From NCBI GenBank assembly GCA_029258795.1, contig JAPDKB010000002.1, forward strand, positions 128,001-192,000: a stretch of 64,000 bases of DNA. Direction: 5' to 3'. The notes beneath the pieces are model-generated. The model was given only the letters and a program-made list of their open reading frames with translations. It was not told where the DNA came from and did not search any database. This document shows, in pieces, positions 48,574 through 58,446 of this stretch. This DNA is from an archaeon (lineage in GTDB: Archaea > EX4484-52 > WAPT01). Each line of letters opens with the position of its first letter. Positions within the stretch are counted from its first letter, which is position 1. The translations under genes were made by a program, and so were the position numbers.

Positions 48574-48773
48574 TGGTGCCGAGGGGGGGATTTCCTGCCA
48601 CCAGAGCAGGAAGCGCGACGAAGCTTTGCTTCGGCGGCGTTCGAACCCCCGACCTCCAGATTTCTCAGCGCCGTAACACAAAATCATCGCTTGCTCATTA
48701 CTCGGCAAACTCATCACTCATAAGCCAACACGGCTTATGAGTCTGGCGCTCTAACCAGCTGAGCTACCTCGGC
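48574..48773 (-). tRNA. tRNA-Met(CAT), elongator type, with two introns (37/38: 48662-48735, 74 nt; 59/60: 48591-48639, 49 nt); CCA encoded
   Basis: Exons 48773-48736, 48661-48640 and 48590-48574 join into a 77-nt cloverleaf: acceptor GCCGAGG/CCTCGGC, anticodon stem CCAGA/TCTGG with loop CTCATAA, T arm GGGGG-TTCGAAT-CCCCC. Confidence 0.92.
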
Positions 48774-48858
48774 ACCGAACAAAAGCGTGGCTCCGTAACA
48801 GAATTTTTATCCGGCAAAATTTTATAAAAATTCACACGGCAGCTTCACAAAAACCTTC

Positions 48859-50061
48859 TTAGCGTCTTTCAAATTTTCTGGTGGCGGCTACAAGCAGAAC
48901 AGCTGCAACCAAGCTCATCACAGCTCCATACGCAAATGTTGCTCCAGCGGATACGGAGCTCCACAACACCCCAGCCACCATGCTCGCAGGAAGAGATGCA
49001 AGTCCAACAGTCGTGTGAAATGCTCCAAGAGCTGTGGCTTTAAGTTCAGGCGGAGCTATATCAGCTATCAGGGCACGCTGATTTCCGTCAACTATGGCAT
49101 AAACCACCCCGTAGAGCAGGAAAAGAAGAATGAATGCTGGAATGCTGGAGAGGGCATAAAAACCCAAACATACAGCTGAGAACAGCAGGTAGCCAAGGGA
49201 GATGACTTCACCCCTTCCGATCCTGTCGGAGAGAACTCCAAAGGGCACAGCAAAAAAGGTGTAGGAAACGTTGAAAATAATGTAAAACACCACAGCCGTT
49301 ATGGTGGCGTTCACAACACTAACGCTGTTCATGACCTTCATTATGAAGAACATGTAGCTGAAGTTCGCAAGGGCAAAAACTGTCATCGCAACTACAACCC
49401 ACCTAAGCTCGGGAGGCAGGCTTCTTAAAGCAAGTCCCAATTTTTCCACACCTTTTCCGCTTTTCACCCTTTCCTCTCTCACGAGCAGAAGGGGTATAAG
49501 CGATGCAAAGCTGAGCAAACCTGCCACGATCAGCACACTCCTAATTTCAAAGCTCATCCTCCACAATAAAAAGAGCGCTACGATCGAGCCAACAACCGCC
49601 CCCAAGCTGTCCATGGCTCTATGAATTCCGAAACCCTCTCCTTTCCTCTTCGGCATCGATTCAGCTATTATCGCATCACGGGGAGCTGTCCTTATTCCCT
49701 TTCCAACACGCTCAGCGGAGCTGAAAAAAGCAACATGAACCCAGCTTTTGGAGAAGGGCAGGAGGAGCTTGAACACAGCCGAGATGAGATAGCCAGCGAA
49801 CACTATCGGCTTCCTTCTGTTCCATCTGTCCGCAAGATATCCAGAGAATACCTTCAGCAAGCTGGAGATGCTGTCCCTCAACCCGCCAACCACACCGAGA
49901 GCTACGCTCCCTCCACCAAGCGAGTTTATGAAAGCGGGGAGGAGTGGTGCTATCATATCGCTGCTCACATCGTTGAGAAAGCTGGTCATACCCAGTGCAT
50001 AGATGTTCCTCTTTTCCATTTGGCTGGCTGTTTTCCCGTCTTTCTTGCTCATAGTTCTCAC
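48859..50061 (-). CDS. MFS transporter
   Basis: About 12 TM helices, 'GYLADRWNRRKP', 'ERVGKGIRTAPRDA', 'GVLSDRIGR'. Confidence 0.92.
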   Translation of the reverse strand: MRTMSKKDGKTASQMEKRNIYALGMTSFLNDVSSDMIAPLLPAFINSLGGGSVALGVVGGLRDSISSLLKVFSGYLADRWNRRKPIVFAGYLISAVFKLLLPFSKSWVHVAFFSSAERVGKGIRTAPRDAIIAESMPKRKGEGFGIHRAMDSLGAVVGSIVALFLLWRMSFEIRSVLIVAGLLSFASLIPLLLVREERVKSGKGVEKLGLALRSLPPELRWVVVAMTVFALANFSYMFFIMKVMNSVSVVNATITAVVFYIIFNVSYTFFAVPFGVLSDRIGRGEVISLGYLLFSAVCLGFYALSSIPAFILLFLLYGVVYAIVDGNQRALIADIAPPELKATALGAFHTTVGLASLPASMVAGVLWSSVSAGATFAYGAVMSLVAAVLLVAATRKFERR

Positions 50062-50975
50062 TCCCCGAACACCGTTTCAAGAGGGGGCACAACCTGCTTC
50101 TTTCTCGACATCACTCCTTCAAGCCAAGCTTGGCCATTTTCAAACTTCACGTTAAAAGCTTTCTCAAATGGCTCGACATCATCCGCCACGAGCAGTGCTG
50201 TTGAGCCCTCCTTCATGATGTCCGTAACGAGCACAAGCACTGCAAAGAAACCCTCTTCCTCCTTCACTTTCTTCATCTCCTCCATGATCTCATCCTTTCT
50301 GGAAAGCACTTCCTCGCCATCAACCACTTCCAGCTGGTCTATCAACACCCTTTTACCGGCGAATTCGTACACCTTGTAGTCATTATATATCAGATCACGA
50401 GCGCTTTTCTCACTCAGAGCAGATTTCGCCTTGAACATCTCTATACCCCACGCTTCCATGTTTTCCACGCCTGCGATCTCCGCAAGCTTCCTTGCCATCT
50501 CTTTATCCTCACTGGTGGTTGTGGGCGACTTGAAGATAACAGTGTCTGAAAGGATCGCGGAAAGCAGGATTCCTGCTATGTTTTCGGGCATTTTAACTCC
50601 TTTCTGGAAGAATTTGTTTGCAATGATCGTGGCTGTGCTGCCCGCAGGAACTGTCAGGAAGTAGATGGGTCTGTCCCAGCCGAACTTGATCTTGTGGTGA
50701 TCCACCACCTCCACTATGTTCGCCTGCTCTATATCATCGGCACTCTGATCAAACTCGTTGTGATCAACAAGCACAACATCTTTGTCAGCTGCGCTTTCAA
50801 GCAAAGGTGGAGCATCCATCTCAAATTTCTCGAGCACAAGCTTCGTTTCGTTATTTATCTCGCCAAGCCGGAAAGCTTTTGCCTCTTCCCCTATCACATT
50901 CTTGAGGTACGCGTACGCTATGGCCGAGCAGATGGAGTCCGTGTCCGGGCTTTTATGGCCGAAGACATGCAGCAT
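50058..50975 (-). CDS. ppaC: Manganese-dependent inorganic pyrophosphatase (family II)
   Basis: 'GHKSPDTDS', 'LVDHNE', 'VDHH', 'ILSDT', 'SRKKQ'. Confidence 0.96.
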   Translation of the reverse strand: MLHVFGHKSPDTDSICSAIAYAYLKNVIGEEAKAFRLGEINNETKLVLEKFEMDAPPLLESAADKDVVLVDHNEFDQSADDIEQANIVEVVDHHKIKFGWDRPIYFLTVPAGSTATIIANKFFQKGVKMPENIAGILLSAILSDTVIFKSPTTTSEDKEMARKLAEIAGVENMEAWGIEMFKAKSALSEKSARDLIYNDYKVYEFAGKRVLIDQLEVVDGEEVLSRKDEIMEEMKKVKEEEGFFAVLVLVTDIMKEGSTALLVADDVEPFEKAFNVKFENGQAWLEGVMSRKKQVVPPLETVFGE

Positions 50976-51075
50976 AATATCATCACCTCCTTTCACATAC
51001 GGGACTTAAAATTAAGCGTGCCTAAACTTTAAAACCGTAATCTTTATTTAGATCAAAGACCATTCTATTATCTCG

Positions 51076-51681
51076 GTGATGGAAATGGCGGAGGAGGAAA
51101 GGGCAGAGACGGAAGACCTGATTAACTTTCTTGCTCGGGATATAGGGCAGAAGATAATGCAGTTATATGGAGGCAAACCGGAAAAGATAAGGAAGAAGCT
51201 TGGAGATCATGTTCATATTCTCGAGCTTCAGAATCGCCTCACATCTATAGTGCTCTTTACCATGGGTATGAAAGCTGCTGTCATGGGAGCAGGTCAAACC
51301 GTTGGGAGTGCAATGGCATCTTACATGACGCTATGCTGTGATGTTACGTCCAAAATGAAAAAGTTCCAGCAGGCAAAAACCCTGAAAGAAGCTAAGAACT
51401 CCGAGCTCATGAAAATGCTCAAGGAGCTCTTTGAGAAGACAGGATTGGGCATTCTGGATATGGAAGAATTCGAGAAAGATGAAAGGATTGTGCTCAGCAT
51501 AGAGGAGTGTGTGGAAAGCGCAGGCCTTCCTAATGTCGGAAAGAAGGTCTGCTATTACATGTCCGGATATCTGGAGGGATTGTTCAGCGTCTTTCTCGGA
51601 AAGGAGGTGAAGTGCCGCGAGCTTAAATGTGTGGCGAAGGGCGATAAGAAATGCGTATTTGAAATCGAGATCCTGGAGTGA
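51076..51681 (+). CDS. V4R domain protein
   Basis: 'GLG', 'EC.ES.GLPNVGKKVCYY.SGYLEG', 'E.KC.AKG...C.F'. Confidence 0.88.
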   Translation: MMEMAEEERAETEDLINFLARDIGQKIMQLYGGKPEKIRKKLGDHVHILELQNRLTSIVLFTMGMKAAVMGAGQTVGSAMASYMTLCCDVTSKMKKFQQAKTLKEAKNSELMKMLKELFEKTGLGILDMEEFEKDERIVLSIEECVESAGLPNVGKKVCYYMSGYLEGLFSVFLGKEVKCRELKCVAKGDKKCVFEIEILE

Positions 51682-51741
51682 GGAGGGTTTCTTGAGATAT
51701 AGGGATATCTTTATATAGTTTTTAACCCCCCATTTTAAAAC

Positions 51742-51960
51742 ATGGCGACGGTAATAGATGTGACGGGCAAAGTCTGTCCATATCCGGTCGTGGTGGCTCT
51801 TGACAAGCTCAGAGAGATCAGCAAAAAGGGCGGAACGCTCGAGATCATAACGGACGAGCCCTTGGCAACCAGAAGCGTACCTGACGAGGCAAAAAGGCTT
51901 GGATTCAGAGCAACTGTAGAAAGAGTGGACAAGGGATGGAAGATAGTGATAAAAAAGTGA
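51742..51960 (+). CDS. tusA: TusA/SirA/YeeD family sulfur carrier
   Basis: 'IDVTGKVCPYPVV', 'LEIITD.P', 72 aa; TTTATATA at 51710-51717. Confidence 0.9.
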   Translation: MATVIDVTGKVCPYPVVVALDKLREISKKGGTLEIITDEPLATRSVPDEAKRLGFRATVERVDKGWKIVIKK

Positions 51961-51968
51961 GGTGAGGA

Positions 51969-52394
51969 TTGATGGGGCTTAAGGAGTTCTCATCCAAGGT
52001 CTGGGTTGGAGCAGTGCTCTTTTCGATCGTCAACGTCTTCATGTACTACAGCATCGGCAAGTTCTGGATCGGAGGGAGCAGCTTCCTGCCACTGATCGGC
52101 AGTCAGGTACAGAAGTTCCTGTTTCCACTGGTGGTCAATGCAGGAGTGGTGGTTGGGACATTTCTGGCAGCGTTGCTCACGAGGGAGTTCATAATAAGGA
52201 AGCCAACCTCTGACATAGTGAAGAGATCAATACTCGGTGGCTTCCTTATGGGTATAGGAGTTACATTAGCTCCAGGAACATGCTCCACACCGTTCGTCAC
52301 AGGAATGCCAATGCTGGGAGTGAACTCCTTCCTGTCAGTGATCGGTATAGTGATTGGAGCATATATAGGATACAGATGGGTGGGTAGAAAATGA
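51969..52394 (+). CDS. YeeE/YedE family sulfur-compound transporter, half-size subunit
   Basis: 4 TM helices, 'GGFLMGIG..LAPGTCS'; follows tusA. Confidence 0.75.
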   Translation: MMGLKEFSSKVWVGAVLFSIVNVFMYYSIGKFWIGGSSFLPLIGSQVQKFLFPLVVNAGVVVGTFLAALLTREFIIRKPTSDIVKRSILGGFLMGIGVTLAPGTCSTPFVTGMPMLGVNSFLSVIGIVIGAYIGYRWVGRK

Positions 52395-52915
52395 CGCTGG
52401 CACAACCAACTTTGCTATTGGGATTCCTGTTCGGCGTGGTCTTTGGTTTCATAGTGCAGAGAATGAGCTTCTGCGTTTCCACTGACCTGGCTCAGGCGTT
52501 TGCAGGAAACCCCAGGAGAATTCTGACGTGGCTCACGATAATTTTCATAATCACAGGAGCGGGATTCGTTTACCTCGGACCAAAAGCGGTTGGTCAGCTC
52601 AGGGGTTACGGAATCTACAACATAATTTCTGGGATTTTCTTTGGCGTGGGCATCGTACTCAGCGGTGGCTGCGTGCTTGGAACCCTCAGAAGGATGGGAG
52701 AGGGCTTTCTGCACTCATGGGTGGTCTTCGTTTCATGGCTTCCGGGAATGGCACTGGTGGTTTACGTCCTTAACCCGATATTGCAGGGTACGTACCACAT
52801 ACCAGAAAAGATGCCGCTGCTTTCGGACGTGCTTCACATCAGCAACTGGGCAGCTTATGCGCTGGTAGCAGTTGTGCTGCTTGTGATGACCTGCTGGGCC
52901 TACAGAAAGAAGTAA
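52391..52915 (+). CDS. YeeE/YedE family sulfur-compound transporter, half-size subunit
   Basis: 'GFLFG..FGF..QR..FC', 'G..FGVG..LSGGC..G.L.R.GEG'. Confidence 0.82.
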   Translation: MTLAQPTLLLGFLFGVVFGFIVQRMSFCVSTDLAQAFAGNPRRILTWLTIIFIITGAGFVYLGPKAVGQLRGYGIYNIISGIFFGVGIVLSGGCVLGTLRRMGEGFLHSWVVFVSWLPGMALVVYVLNPILQGTYHIPEKMPLLSDVLHISNWAAYALVAVVLLVMTCWAYRKK

Positions 52916-52952
52916 CAGCATTGCAGAAAAACAGTCGATTGGCACTTTTCTC

Positions 52953-53873
52953 TCATTTTATTTTTATTTCCATGAAATCCTCCGCAATTTTTGTGTTCGG
53001 AAATATCTCCTGCGCCTCCTTCAGCAGCTTCTCCACCGTGTACTTTCTGTTGTTGTTATCCTGCTGGTACCTCCGGCTTATGTGGGTCAGCACAAGCATT
53101 TTCACATTCGCCTCTTTCGCAAGCATTGCCGCCTGCCTTGCTGTCATGTGGTAATACGTATGAGCTCTGTTCTCAAATTCGGAGCAGAAAGTACCATCGC
53201 ATATCAGCACATCAGCATCCTTTACAGCTTTGACAAGCGATTTTCTGTAGCCAGTATCGCCGGTGTAAGCTATTTTTTTACCCTTCACAACCTCCACAAC
53301 ATCTTCCGGCTTTATTCTCCTGCCTTTGAACAGTATCTCCTCTCCCTTTTTCAACTTGCCTATCAGCGGACCCGAAGTTAAGCCAAACTTTTTCGCTTTT
53401 TCCATGTTCGCTTTGATTTTATCCTTTTCCTGAAACACAAAGCCAAGGGAAGGAATGCCGTGGTAGGTTTTGAACGCCTCGATGTAATACCTGTCAAACT
53501 CCACTCTATCCCCTGGCTTGAGGTCTTCAGCTATAACCGCAAAACCCCTCTCAAAATAACCTATGCTCAGCAGCTTTTCAACGAACCCGACAGTACCTTC
53601 CGGGCCGTAAATATAGAGCGGCTTCTTTCTTCCCTCCATGCTCATGGTCTGTATCAATCCGGGCAGCCCAGCGAAGTGATCAGCATGCCAGTGCGTGATG
53701 AACACGGCTTTTATCCTCATGAACTTGAGGTTCTTTATCATGAGCTGTCTTTGCGTGCCTTCTCCGCAATCAAACAGAAAGCGGTCTTCGTTGTACTTTA
53801 TCAGGATGGCAGGTAAACCACGCTCTCTTGTTGGTATGCCGGCGCTCGTCCCAAGAAAATGGATGGTCATCAC
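52953..53873 (-). CDS. rnz: Ribonuclease Z
   Basis: 'FLGTS...PT.ER', 'FDCGEGTQRQ', 'THWHADH', 'YTGDT', 'LTHIS.RY'. Confidence 0.96.
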   Translation of the reverse strand: MMTIHFLGTSAGIPTRERGLPAILIKYNEDRFLFDCGEGTQRQLMIKNLKFMRIKAVFITHWHADHFAGLPGLIQTMSMEGRKKPLYIYGPEGTVGFVEKLLSIGYFERGFAVIAEDLKPGDRVEFDRYYIEAFKTYHGIPSLGFVFQEKDKIKANMEKAKKFGLTSGPLIGKLKKGEEILFKGRRIKPEDVVEVVKGKKIAYTGDTGYRKSLVKAVKDADVLICDGTFCSEFENRAHTYYHMTARQAAMLAKEANVKMLVLTHISRRYQQDNNNRKYTVEKLLKEAQEIFPNTKIAEDFMEIKIK

Positions 53874-55147
53874 AGCTCATCCACCTTAACCAGTTTTTCC
53901 TCCCCGCTTTCCATATCACGCACTTTAACTTTGCCTTCCTTAACCTCATCCGGCCCGACTATCACCACATATCTTGCACCTATTCTGTTCGCATGCTTCA
54001 GCTGCTTTGACAGGCTTCTGTCCATCAGCTCCATCTCGACAGCGTAGCCCTTACCTCTGAGCTTCGATGCTATGCTGGCACAGACATCCATGAGCTGGGG
54101 AGTCACGAAAGCGATGAAGTAATCAGGACTGGTACTCACTTCAGGTAGCTTGCCCTCAGCTTTCAGCACCTCCATCAACCTTTCCACACCACCGGCAAGC
54201 CCCACGGCAGGCATATCCTTACCATAAATTCCAACAAGCTCATCATACCTCCCGCCGCCAAAAATCGCGCTCCCCAGAGCTTTTCTGTTGGTTGCGTAAG
54301 CTTCAAACACTATTCCAGTATAATAATCGAGCCCTCTCACAATAGAAAGGTCGACCACGCAGTTTTCCAGCACGCGGAGAGCTTCCAGCGCATCTCTCAG
54401 CTGCAAGAGTTCATCACATGCGGAATTGACATCCTTACTCTGCACTCTGCTCTTCACGGCTTCGACCACATCTTCGAACTCGCCTTTGAGGTCAAGAGCA
54501 TCCAGCAGATCTTCAGCCTTCTCTCTCATTATTCCACGTCTTTCAAACTCATCCAGCAGCTCTTCCCGTTTCATTTTCTGTAACTTATCTATGCACCGGA
54601 AAGCATCCAAAATTTTATCCCTCTCTATTCCGACAGCTTCCATCACCGCCTGCACAAGTTTCCTGCTACTCACCCTCACCTCAAAATCCACATCAAACGC
54701 TTTCAGCACATCACATCCTAGCGCTATGCATTCCGCATCCGCATAAACGCTTGCTGAGCCGAAAATTTCAGCATCCCACTGCCAGAATGCTCTGTAGCGT
54801 CCTTTTTGTGGAGCTTCATACCTGAACATGTCAGCAATGCAGAACCATCTTACGGGAGTGGGGTAAGCCGAGCCAGCAACCATTCTCGCCATCCCAACGG
54901 TCAGATCAAACCTCAATCCGAGCTTCCTGCCGGCCTTGTCCTCAAAAGCGTAAATCTCTTTTTCTATCTCCTCTCCTGATTTGGCAGCCAGCGTTTCAAA
55001 GCTCTCTATTTTGGTGGGCTCCACCTCCTTAAACGAGTATCTTTTCATGATCTCTCTTATCGTGGAGAATATCGCCTGCCTCGCGGCCATCTCTTCCGGA
55101 TAAATGTCCTTCATCCCTTTGGGTGGTTGAAACTTATCGGACGCCAT
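53870..55147 (-). CDS. hisS: Histidine-tRNA ligase
   Basis: 'PKGMKD', 'LRFDLT', 'FRYE.PQKGRYR.F.Q', 'RGLDYYTG', 'GGGRYD'. Confidence 0.97.
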   Translation of the reverse strand: MASDKFQPPKGMKDIYPEEMAARQAIFSTIREIMKRYSFKEVEPTKIESFETLAAKSGEEIEKEIYAFEDKAGRKLGLRFDLTVGMARMVAGSAYPTPVRWFCIADMFRYEAPQKGRYRAFWQWDAEIFGSASVYADAECIALGCDVLKAFDVDFEVRVSSRKLVQAVMEAVGIERDKILDAFRCIDKLQKMKREELLDEFERRGIMREKAEDLLDALDLKGEFEDVVEAVKSRVQSKDVNSACDELLQLRDALEALRVLENCVVDLSIVRGLDYYTGIVFEAYATNRKALGSAIFGGGRYDELVGIYGKDMPAVGLAGGVERLMEVLKAEGKLPEVSTSPDYFIAFVTPQLMDVCASIASKLRGKGYAVEMELMDRSLSKQLKHANRIGARYVVIVGPDEVKEGKVKVRDMESGEEKLVKVDEL

Positions 55148-55172
55148 GAAAGAGAATTAGCCATCAGAATTT

Positions 55173-55565
55173 TTAAATAAGTGATTTTGGGCCTTTTTCC
55201 TCCTTCATATTGCAGTAGATTTTGGTTTCGGGATAAATGTTCCTTATACTCGATATCAAAGATAGCGCTCTATAGGTGGCGTCGCTTCCTTCCTCATTAA
55301 TCCTGATCACCAATTCTCCATCGTTACTGTAATAATCTCCTTTTAGGGAATATCTTTCGGGCTCAACCCCCAGAGAGGCAAGATAGTCCATTGCCACTTT
55401 TTCAATTTCTTCCAAGGTTTTTTTAGGTCGAGACGCCCCACAGAAATGAATTTTTATCTCTCTACTGCCCTCAATTCTGTCAAACTCCTCATTAACAACA
55501 ACATGTTTCGGCTGACTTTTTACAATGTTCCTGTACAGTTGTTGGAAGGATGTTAGCATAACCAT
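55173..55565 (-). CDS. Hypothetical protein
   Basis: ORF filling the hisS-alaS gap; start uncertain. Confidence 0.55.
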   Translation of the reverse strand: MVMLTSFQQLYRNIVKSQPKHVVVNEEFDRIEGSREIKIHFCGASRPKKTLEEIEKVAMDYLASLGVEPERYSLKGDYYSNDGELVIRINEEGSDATYRALSLISSIRNIYPETKIYCNMKEEKGPKSLI

Positions 55566-55680
55566 CCCTTCCAATTTTCTGGTGGGAATTTTTAATTTGT
55601 TGTGTTTATAGCTCATCCGTCAAGGAATACATAATCCCCATAACCAAAAATAAAAAGTTTCGCTCTCCAATTTTCTGAGC

Positions 55681-58383
55681 ATGGTCGTTGATGAGAAAAA
55701 GATCAAGCAGGAGTTCAAGAAGAAAGCGCAGAAGACGCCTGAGAAATACTATCCTGCAGAATTCCTGAAAAGCGAGGGCTTTGTTAGAAAGCAGTGCAAG
55801 AAGTGCGGCACATTCTTCTGGAGTGTGGATGAAAGCAGAGAGATCTGTGATGATCCCAACTGCACCGGCTTCTATTCTTTTATAGGAAATAGTCCTTCTC
55901 CCGTGAAAATGGACTTCATAAAGGTCTGGAAAGAGTTTGCGAAGCTGTTTGAAAAGCTCGGCTACACACCCATAGCGAGATATCCGGTTGTTGCAAGGTG
56001 GAGGGATGACATGGATTTTGTGATAGCCAGCATAGCTGATTTCCAGCCGCATGTTGTGAGCGGTGAGGTTGAGCCTCCTGCAAATCCCCTTGTTGTTCCG
56101 CAGTTCTGTCTGCGCTTCACGGACATAGAAAACGTTGGTATAACGGGAAGGCATTACACGGGTTTCGTGATGATAGGGCAGCATGCCTTTGTGCCAGCAG
56201 AGCAATACGATCAGGAGAAGTATCTCGCGGACATATATGAATGGCTGAGAAGGGGTCTAAAGCTTCCGAAGGAGGAGATAGTTTTTCATGAGGATGCTTG
56301 GGCAGGCGGTGGAAACATGGGCCCGAGCATGGAGTTTTTCTCCCGCTCTCTGGAGATCGGGAATCAGGTCTACATGATGTTTGACATCAGAGATGGCACG
56401 ATAAAGGAGCTGCCTATAAAAGTGCTCGACATGGGGATGGGGCAGGAAAGGTGTGCGTGGCTAACAACTGCTTCCGCCACCAGCTATGAGGCCAATATGC
56501 CGAAGGTGGTTGAGCTTCTTTACAGGCTTACCGGAGTTAAGCCGGAGCATGAAATTATCGAAAAATTCCTGCCTTATTCGGGCGTGCTGAACGTGGATGA
56601 GTTGGAGGATGTTGAGAAAGCATGGCAGAGTGTAGCGAAAAAGATGGGCGTGGATGTTCAGCAGCTTAAAAGGGCAATTCTCCCTGCTGCAGCCATATAT
56701 GCCATAGCAGACCACACAAGAAGCCTGCTCTTCGCTATAGGAGACGGTGCCCTGCCGTCCAACGTTGGTGGCGGCTACAATTTGCGTGTAATTCTGCGCA
56801 GGGTTTTTGATTTGATGGACGAATACGGCTGGAGTTTTGATCTGGCAAAGGTGCTGGAAACTCATGCCTCCTACATGAAATCCCAGTACCCCGAGCTGAT
56901 GGATGTGGTGGAGCACGTTGCCACGGTTTTTGAGGTTGAACGTAAAAAATACGATGCCACCAGAAAGATGGTGAAGAAAATAGTGGCGAAGCTGAAAGAA
57001 GAGAAGCTGGACGAAGAAAAACTCGTGGAGCTCTATGACAGCAAGGGCATCTCTCCGGAAATGCTGGTAAAAGAAGGTATCATAGAGAAGGTACCGAAGG
57101 ACTTCTACACAAAGCTGGCTGAAAGGCATGAGAGGGCAAGAAGGAAAGAGCTTGAAAAGAAGGAGAAGGAAGTAAAGCTCGAGCTTAAAGGCGTGCCGCC
57201 AACTCAGATTCTTTACTATGATGATTACAGGCTTGTGGAATTTGAGGCTAAAGTTGTCAGGGTAGATGGAAACTTTGTGGTGCTGGACAGGACCGCTTTT
57301 TACCCGACGAGCGGAGGTCAGCTTCACGATGTTGGGTGGCTTGATGGAGTGGAGGTTGTGAACGTATTCAAGGAGGGTAATCTAGTGGTGCATGAGGTTA
57401 AAGATGGAGGCAAATTCAGGGAAGGGATGAAGGTCAGGGGCAAGATAGATGTGGAGCGAAGAGTGCGGCTTGCACAGCTGCATACCGCTACACACATAAT
57501 AGGTGGCGCGTGCAGAAAGGTTGTAGGAAAGCATGTGTGGCAGGCAGGAGCGGAGAAAAGGCCGGAAAAGGCGAGGCTTGATATAACCCATTACGAATCG
57601 CTGGATGAGAAAATGATAAGAAAGATTGAGGAGGAGGCGAACAGAATCGTGATGCTCAACATTCCGGTAGAGAGCTTGATGATAGAAAGGAATGAAGCGG
57701 AAAAGAAATTCGGATTTGTGATCTATCAGGGCGGGGCCGTGCCGGGGAAGATACTCAGGATAGTCAAGATAGATGATTTCGATGTGCAGGCGTGCGGAGG
57801 AACGCACGTAAAAAGCACGGGTGAGGTTGGACCCATAAAGGTGGTGGGCACAACCAAAATTCAGGATGGTGTTGTCAGACTTGAGTTTGTAGCTGGTTTA
57901 AGTCTGCTTGACTACGTGAAGGAAATGGAATCGTATTTAAAGGAAAGTTGTTCGGTGCTTGAGGTAGCACCACAGCATCTTGCAAAAACCGTCAGAAGAT
58001 TCTTTGAAGAGTGGAAGAAGCAGAAAAAGGAGATAGAAGTGCTGAGAAGCAAGCTTGATGAGGTGCTTGTGAGCAAAGCGAAACTGGAGAGAAAGGAGTT
58101 TGATGGTGTTACATGCATGTTCTCCAAGCTGGAGGACATGGAGCTGAAGGACGTGCTCAAATATGCTAGTGAGAAGGCAAAGGATGCTGACGTTCCAATC
58201 TTGGTTGTCAGCGTGAAGGGTAAAGGTGCGCAGCTCGTAATCGCTTACAACAAGAACACATATGATAAAGCTAATGTGCTGAAAGAATGGGTGGAAAAGG
58301 AGCTACAGGTAAAGATGCGTGAGGGCAAGGATGTATTCGTGGGCGGGTGCGCTGCAGAGAAACTCAAGAGTAAGCTACTGTGA
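55681..58383 (+). CDS. alaS: Alanine-tRNA ligase (archaeal type)
   Basis: 'YPVVARWRDD', 'ASIADFQP', 'ADHTR', 'FYPTSGGQ..D', 'HTATH', 'CGGTH'. Confidence 0.97.
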   Translation: MVVDEKKIKQEFKKKAQKTPEKYYPAEFLKSEGFVRKQCKKCGTFFWSVDESREICDDPNCTGFYSFIGNSPSPVKMDFIKVWKEFAKLFEKLGYTPIARYPVVARWRDDMDFVIASIADFQPHVVSGEVEPPANPLVVPQFCLRFTDIENVGITGRHYTGFVMIGQHAFVPAEQYDQEKYLADIYEWLRRGLKLPKEEIVFHEDAWAGGGNMGPSMEFFSRSLEIGNQVYMMFDIRDGTIKELPIKVLDMGMGQERCAWLTTASATSYEANMPKVVELLYRLTGVKPEHEIIEKFLPYSGVLNVDELEDVEKAWQSVAKKMGVDVQQLKRAILPAAAIYAIADHTRSLLFAIGDGALPSNVGGGYNLRVILRRVFDLMDEYGWSFDLAKVLETHASYMKSQYPELMDVVEHVATVFEVERKKYDATRKMVKKIVAKLKEEKLDEEKLVELYDSKGISPEMLVKEGIIEKVPKDFYTKLAERHERARRKELEKKEKEVKLELKGVPPTQILYYDDYRLVEFEAKVVRVDGNFVVLDRTAFYPTSGGQLHDVGWLDGVEVVNVFKEGNLVVHEVKDGGKFREGMKVRGKIDVERRVRLAQLHTATHIIGGACRKVVGKHVWQAGAEKRPEKARLDITHYESLDEKMIRKIEEEANRIVMLNIPVESLMIERNEAEKKFGFVIYQGGAVPGKILRIVKIDDFDVQACGGTHVKSTGEVGPIKVVGTTKIQDGVVRLEFVAGLSLLDYVKEMESYLKESCSVLEVAPQHLAKTVRRFFEEWKKQKKEIEVLRSKLDEVLVSKAKLERKEFDGVTCMFSKLEDMELKDVLKYASEKAKDADVPILVVSVKGKGAQLVIAYNKNTYDKANVLKEWVEKELQVKMREGKDVFVGGCAAEKLKSKLL

Positions 58384-58446
58384 TTCCCCTTTTATCGGCA
58401 ACCCAGACACACAATCTTTATCTGCTTTTTCACCCTTACATTCTTC

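Noticed and set aside
48574-48773. tRNA-Ile(CAT) or initiator tRNA-Met
   Set aside because: G1-C72 and no three consecutive G-C pairs in the anticodon stem argue against the initiator. The GCC start and 37/38 intron fit archaeal elongator Met better than Ile2, although this was not model-scored.
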